64,000 bases of DNA, taken from positions 50,785 to 114,784 of the IMG/VR virus record IMGVR_UViG_3300003962_000013. One strand, written 5' to 3'. Each line of letters begins with the position of its first letter. Position 1 is the first letter of the stretch. A program made the position numbers and the translations under genes. This document shows positions 60,082-64,000 of the stretch, in pieces. The DNA is from a virus (taxonomy: Duplodnaviria; Caudoviricetes). The notes beneath the pieces are model-generated. The model was not told where the DNA came from. It saw nothing but the letters and a program-made list of their open reading frames with translations, and did no database searches.

Positions 60082-60666
60082 TTATTTTTTATTATTTTTT
60101 CCTTTAAATGTCAAAGTTTGAGAATGGCAATTTGGACATAATAATCTTAAATTAGTTAAAATGTTATTATTTCTATTTCCATCTATGTGATCTAAATCTA
60201 ATATTATTTTTTCTCCCATCCACTCATTTATCCCACAAATTAAACATTTATATTCAAATATTTTTTCTTTTAATAAATAGGTTTTAATATTATTATTAAT
60301 ACTCCCATAATAAGGATTAGTATATATTATTTTTCCTTCTATTAATTGTTTAATATTTAATTTTCTATTCTTTAATTTATATACTTTATTCTCTATTAAA
60401 AAATTTTTAATAAAAATATTACTAACATTATATTTAGAAGAAATACATTTAATAGATTTACCTTCATTATATAAATTTAAAATATCTCCCCCATTTTTTA
60501 ATAATAAATCTTTATATTTACTATTAATTCTCTTACTTTTAAATTTCCCTGTGTATTTTTTTAAGTAATACCCCACTGTTCCTTTAGAAATATTTAATAT
60601 TTCACATATTTGACTTATCGAATATCCTTCTTCTCTTAATTGATAAGTTTTAAATCTTTTATTCAT
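60082..60666 (-). CDS. HNH homing endonuclease with N-terminal HTH
   Basis: CLICG…LDLDHIDGNRNNN…LLCPNCHSQT. Confidence 0.88.
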   Translation of the reverse strand: MNKRFKTYQLREEGYSISQICEILNISKGTVGYYLKKYTGKFKSKRINSKYKDLLLKNGGDILNLYNEGKSIKCISSKYNVSNIFIKNFLIENKVYKLKNRKLNIKQLIEGKIIYTNPYYGSINNNIKTYLLKEKIFEYKCLICGINEWMGEKIILDLDHIDGNRNNNILTNLRLLCPNCHSQTLTFKGKNNKK

Positions 60667-60720
60667 ATTATTTTTTTATCATAAATATCGAACTAATATG
60701 TAAAATTCGAATTGATTACG

Positions 60721-60791
60721 TCTAGATAGCTGGGATCGAACCAGCCACAAAATGATCCCAAATCATTCCCGACACCATGTGCGTTATCTAG
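60721..60791 (-). tRNA. tRNA-Pro(TGG)
   Basis: AATGA-TTTGGGA-TCATT; short atypical D arm. Confidence 0.8.
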
Positions 60792-60795
60792 TTAT

Positions 60796-60871
60796 TGGTG
60801 GATCCTATCGGAATCGAACCGATATCACTTGTTCTTCAGACAAGCGCATTGACCAACTTTGCTAAAGATCC
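60796..60871 (-). tRNA. tRNA-Phe(GAA)
   Basis: CTTGT-CTGAAGA-ACAAG; encoded CCA. Confidence 0.92.
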
Positions 60872-60877
60872 ATTTTG

Positions 60878-60961
60878 TGGGAGCAGAAGGATTCGAACCT
60901 ACTACCTCTGCGGGTTACCTGATTTACAGTCAAGCGCCTAACCAATTCGAGCGTTACTCCC
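60878..60961 (-). tRNA. tRNA-Tyr(GTA)
   Basis: CTTGA-CTGTAAA-TCAGG; long variable arm. Confidence 0.9.
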
Positions 60962-61394
60962 TTTTTAATCCATATTCTTTTATCAATTGATATACTCTAT
61001 TATAATTATCTCCTCCACTCCTTAATTTAACCCTACTTAAAATTTCAGATATATTACCTCCTAGTTTTATACTTTCAATCAATTCTTTATCTTTTATCGA
61101 TGGATTTTTCTTTTTTCTATTATTTTTATTTTTCCAAGTTATAGTTTGAGAATGACAATTTGGACAAAGCCATCTTAAATTTTCTCTTGTATTATTTAAT
61201 TTATCCCCATTTATATGATCTAAATCTAATTCTATTTTTATTCCATTATATTCATCTTTTATACCACAAATACACTTATATTCTATTAAATTGGAATTTT
61301 TTAATTTATGTCTAAAAGCAGGAACAAATTTAATAATTAATTCTCCATTTAATATTTTTTCCAAATTATCTTTAATATTTTGTCTTTCTTTCAT
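60954..61394 (-). CDS. HNH homing endonuclease
   Basis: LDLDHINGDKLNN…WLCPNCHSQT; the stop codon lies inside tRNA-Tyr. Confidence 0.88.
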   Translation of the reverse strand: MKERQNIKDNLEKILNGELIIKFVPAFRHKLKNSNLIEYKCICGIKDEYNGIKIELDLDHINGDKLNNTRENLRWLCPNCHSQTITWKNKNNRKKKNPSIKDKELIESIKLGGNISEILSRVKLRSGGDNYNRVYQLIKEYGLKRE

Positions 61395-61446
61395 TTTATT
61401 ATAAATATTTTAAAATGTCTGAAAAACAATGAAACAAATATTTTTG

Positions 61447-61519
61447 CGCTTCGTGTGGGAGTCGAACCCACATCCATCTGATTAACAGTCAGCCGCTCTA
61501 CCTTCTGAGCTTCCGAAGC
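61447..61519 (-). tRNA. tRNA-Asn(GTT)
   Basis: CTGA-CTGTTAA-TCAG. Confidence 0.9.
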
Positions 61520-61529
61520 TTATATTTTG

Positions 61530-61601
61530 TGTCCCCGAGGGGAATCGAACCCCTACCCGTATATTAAAAGTATACTGCGCGTGCCTTCTCGCCACGAGGA
61601 C
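61530..61601 (-). tRNA. tRNA-Lys(TTT)
   Basis: GTATA-CTTTTAA-TATAC. Confidence 0.88.
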
Positions 61602-61655
61602 ATAATCTTATCGTCCTCGATTTTTTTACTTGTTTCCATTTTTCATATTTTTTAG

Positions 61656-61728
61656 TCATCATAGTTGGAATTGAACCAACGGCCTTTTGCTTATCAGACA
61701 AATGCTCTACCAACTGAGCTATATGATG
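61656..61728 (-). tRNA. tRNA-Ile(GAT)
   Basis: TTTGT-CTGATAA-GCAAA. Confidence 0.92.
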
Positions 61729-61779
61729 TGGTGGAATTCATTTTTTAAGGAAAATAGATATCTCTAAACTAAACCTTTG

Positions 61780-61849
61780 TGGACTGCGTGGGAATCGAAC
61801 CCAAATAAAAACTTTGCAAAAGTTTCCGCCTGCCTTCGGCATCGCGCCC
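61780..61849 (-). tRNA. tRNA-Ala(TGC)
   Basis: AAACT-TTTGCAA-AGTTT; G3:U70; bulged acceptor stem. Confidence 0.8.
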
Positions 61850-61863
61850 ATATTATTTTATTG

Positions 61864-61950
61864 CGGAAGTCAAGAGAATCGAACTCTCACCAGTATTACC
61901 TGGAATAACTTAGCAGGTTATCGTAACAAACCAATATTTACCTAACTTCC
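61864..61950 (-). tRNA. tRNA-Ser(GCT)
   Basis: ATAAC-CTGCTAA-GTTAT; long variable arm. Confidence 0.9.
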
Positions 61951-61958
61951 AATCTTTG

Positions 61959-62041
61959 CGGAAGACCAGAGACTCGAACTCTGACGCCTTTTACAGCTAC
62001 TAGTTTTCAAGACTAGCTCCTCATCCAGCCGGATGCCTTCC
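61959..62041 (-). tRNA. tRNA-Ser(TGA)
   Basis: CTAGT-CTTGAAA-ACTAG; long variable arm. Confidence 0.9.
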
Positions 62042-62046
62042 TTTTG

Positions 62047-62120
62047 CACGCCCTGTAGGGATCGAACCTACGACCTATGGTTTTGGAGACCAGTGCTCTA
62101 CCAAACTGAGCTAAAGACGC
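62047..62120 (-). tRNA. tRNA-Trp(CCA)
   Basis: TGGT-CTCCAAA-ACCA. Confidence 0.92.
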
Positions 62121-62130
62121 GTATGTAAAT

Positions 62131-62169
62131 AAAACAAAAAATCCGAACCTCTTTTATCTGGTTCGGATT
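62131..62169 (-). terminator. Intrinsic terminator (attenuator) directly upstream of the tRNA array
   Basis: AATCCGAACC-AGATAAAAGA-GGTTCGGATT followed by a T-rich tract, ending about 10 nt before tRNA-Trp. Confidence 0.85.
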
Positions 62170-62216
62170 AATCATTTAATTATATCTTAAATTAAACTAC
62201 ATTTAATACCGAACCA
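62159..62216 (-). promoter_or_regulatory. Predicted antiterminator
   Basis: TGGTTCGG (62216-62209, inside the leader ORF) pairs with CCGAACCA (62166-62159, terminator 5' arm); inner ATTAA/TTAAT and TTTAATT/AATTAAA helices. Confidence 0.7.
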
Positions 62217-62311
62217 CAATTTATACCCCATCCCTTATTATCGACAATCGATAAACGATACGTCGCCTGAAGGCAAGGACTAAATTGATTATGTATTAAA
62301 TTTGTTTTCAT
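62192..62311 (-). CDS. Putative attenuator leader peptide (39 aa)
   Basis: Read by hand: MKTNLIHNQFSPCLQATYRLSIVDNKGWGINCGSVLNVV*; A-rich start context like the other genes. Confidence 0.72.
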   Translation of the reverse strand: MKTNLIHNQFSPCLQATYRLSIVDNKGWGINCGSVLNVV

Positions 62312-62449
62312 TTTTATTTTTTAATTATTAAGATGATATGAATGGTCCTTGTACTATATCCATTCTTTTATAAGGAATATCAATTCTTATTATACATATT
62401 GTAAATTTCTGAAAAACTACAATTTTATTATCTTTTTTTCTTATACTTT

Positions 62450-62478
62450 AATATACGATGGAAATTTTGAATTTCCAA
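62450..62478 (-). promoter_or_regulatory. Sigma70-like promoter for the leader and tRNA array
   Basis: TTGGAA-N17-TATATT; an ATATGTATAA motif also lies at 62390..62399. Confidence 0.65.
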
Positions 62479-62630
62479 ATTTTCTTTAAAAAAAGTTTAG
62501 GAGATATTAAAAACGTCTTTTTAACAGAGCTCCAAAGTCATATCTTGTTCTGCTCAACTTGATTCACTAAAAAAGATCTCATTCATTTGGGCTTCATTTT
62601 TAGCAGTCGAGAGGCCTGATAAGATATTTG

Positions 62631-62704
62631 TAGCGCTGAGTTGGATTCGAACCAACGATCTCAAGCTTATGAGGCTTGCGAGATGACCACTTCTCTACCC
62701 CGCT
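62631..62704 (-). tRNA. tRNA-Met(CAT)
   Basis: CAAGC-CTCATAA-GCTTG; initiator-like 5' half; imperfect acceptor stem. Confidence 0.75.
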
Positions 62705-63108
62705 ATTTTTAAATGAAAAGGTTTATAATGTTCTTTTTTGTGACAATTAGAACATAATACTATACATTTTTCAATTTCTTTTAAAACAATTTCTTTATCT
62801 ATTCTTCTTTTCAACATTTCAGATATTCCGCCTTCTTTTTCATTAGGATCTAAATGGTGAAATTCTAAACATGATGGATGATTTTCTTCACATCTTAAAC
62901 ATTTTAAAGAATTTTTGTATTCATCATACCAAACTCTATGTTTTTGATAATTTTCCTTATATATTTCAATATTGTTTATATAATGAATTTTTGAAGAATT
63001 TCTAACACATTTTTTACAATAAGAAGACAACCCAGTTTTTTTATTTTTAGAATTTTTATTAAACTCTTTTTCTTCTTTTTCTATTTTACACTTCGAACAT
63101 ATTTTCAT
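62695..63108 (-). CDS. HNH homing endonuclease
   Basis: KICSKC; CLRC…LEFHHLDP…CIVLCSNCHKKEH; the stop codon lies inside tRNA-Met. Confidence 0.88.
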   Translation of the reverse strand: MKICSKCKIEKEEKEFNKNSKNKKTGLSSYCKKCVRNSSKIHYINNIEIYKENYQKHRVWYDEYKNSLKCLRCEENHPSCLEFHHLDPNEKEGGISEMLKRRIDKEIVLKEIEKCIVLCSNCHKKEHYKPFHLKIAG

Positions 63109-63148
63109 ACTTATATTTTATTATAAATATATAAAGAGTTCGAAAAAG

Positions 63149-63532
63149 TGGAGCCGGAGGGAATCGAACCCTCGTTTGGATAAGTGTTGAATGAAATTCA
63201 TTTACATGCTTAGTTAATTTTTCTAAATTAACAAAATAAAAGATTTGATATATGTGAGAAACCCATCTTTAAACAACTTGGTCTTGGAATCATTTTAACC
63301 GAGCTCCAACCTGCGACCCGAAATTTTGTATCCTTCTGTTTCTAGGTTGGATATAACCCAAATTGATTAAGCAGCTACTGCTAAATCAGCACCAACGAAA
63401 GACATTGCGTCTTCGAAAGTAAAAGTAGACTTTTCGTCATTTAATTTGTATATAGGTTATTTACGTGTTTCCAATACTAACACGACATGCATCTCAAAGA
63501 ACTTAAGTATCCAGCAAAAGCCTGGCGACCCC
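63149..63532 (-). ncRNA. ssrA: tmRNA
   Basis: 5' GGGGTCG pairs with 3' CGGCTCC-A (G3:U); T arm GAGGG-TTCGATT-CCCTC; tag ORF 63438-63367 (A)DEKSTFTFEDAMSFVGADLAVAA*. Confidence 0.93.
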
Positions 63533-63843
63533 ATTAAATTGTGTCTATGGACTCCCTCTGTCGTAGGTGATGGGCGCCCATACTCAATAATCCATCTAAT
63601 TCTTCCTTTGAAACAGTCAATGGATTGACGTAAGACTTACTAAGTTATCCTCGCTTACAGGTACCTCGATGTGAAGTATTTCATCCCTGTCAATTGAAGA
63701 CTAAGAGGAAGTAAGTTAACTTTATCTGTATAGTTTAGCACTTTATTTGGACTTAATTCTAGGGAAAATTGACCTAAAATTTTATGGAGTTTCTCCTAAC
63801 CAATATAAAGGTTCTTACACCCTTAGCTTTACCTTAGTAATTG

Positions 63844-63916
63844 TACTCCCGACGAGAATCGAACTCGTGTTTACTGTGCGAAAGACAGTCGTCCTTAACC
63901 CCTAGACGACGGGAGC
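63844..63916 (-). tRNA. tRNA-Glu(TTC)
   Basis: ACTGT-CTTTCGC-ACAGT. Confidence 0.92.
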
Positions 63917-63922
63917 ATTAAT

Positions 63923-64000
63923 TTATTGAGTATGGGCGCCCATCACCTACGACAGAGGGAGTCCATAGACACAATTTAATGGGGTCGCCAGGCTTTTGCT
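63923..64000. repeat. Perfect inverted copy of 63513..63590 (at least 78 bp, runs off the window)
   Basis: The reverse complement matches base for base and includes the first 20 nt of tmRNA. Confidence 0.95.

Larger units (their letters stand above)
5038..63130 (-). promoter_or_regulatory. Recurrent intergenic motif ATAT(T/G)TATAA, probable phage late promoter (dispersed copies)
   Basis: Copies at 5038, 5828, 12005, 15611, 21178, 22481, 26811, 28637, 31377, 35019, 37721, 40485, 49505, 52143, 59159, 61399, 62390 and 63121, mostly just upstream of a start codon. Confidence 0.75.

Noticed and set aside
62540-62628. SAM-I riboswitch-like start (CTTATCA…ATGAAG)
   Set aside because: The core GAGGGA, GCAACC and GGTGC elements are missing.
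1-63628. Plus-strand ORFs in the track (e.g. 594..854, 10661..11152, 40888..41259, 57657..58064, 63446..63628)
   Set aside because: They are antisense shadows of minus-strand genes or RNAs and have no recognisable motifs.
63658-63690. GGTACCTCGATGT on the plus strand, resembling the 23S rRNA peptidyl-transferase loop
   Set aside because: Only about 10 nt match, the flanks do not continue, and it lies opposite to the transcribed strand.
59073-63916. Stop-codon reassignment or suppressor tRNAs
   Set aside because: Anticodons TAA, TAG and TGA here are ordinary Leu and Ser anticodons. No CTA, TTA or TCA anticodon was found, and core genes are intact in code 11.

Overview
This is a 64 kb segment of a very AT-rich, large T4-like (myovirus-type) dsDNA phage. 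Essentially all genes are on the minus strand. Read in the transcription direction (right to left) it holds: tRNA-Glu, a candidate ncRNA, tmRNA and tRNA-Met; a short leader ORF plus terminator in front of a 21-tRNA array that is interrupted by HNH genes; a gp55-like sigma factor; baseplate and tail genes; primase and an exonuclease; many probable internal head proteins and lysis genes; terminase, portal, prohead protease, scaffold and major capsid; an amidinotransferase, PSD-like decarboxylase and PhoH block; and Ser/Thr/Gly-rich fibre genes. About ten free-standing HNH or GIY-YIG endonucleases are scattered through the window. The best candidate for a new system is a ribosome-dependent transcription attenuator (62131-62311) gating the tRNA array. 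Its 39-codon leader uses exactly the 18 amino acids whose tRNAs lie downstream. It lacks Glu and internal Met, whose tRNAs lie upstream, and it overlaps an antiterminator that competes with the terminator. All protein calls come from motif recognition by eye; no database searches were run. The host is not determined. Some features hint at Bacteroidota (Hc1-like protein, A-rich starts without Shine-Dalgarno sequences), but this is inference.
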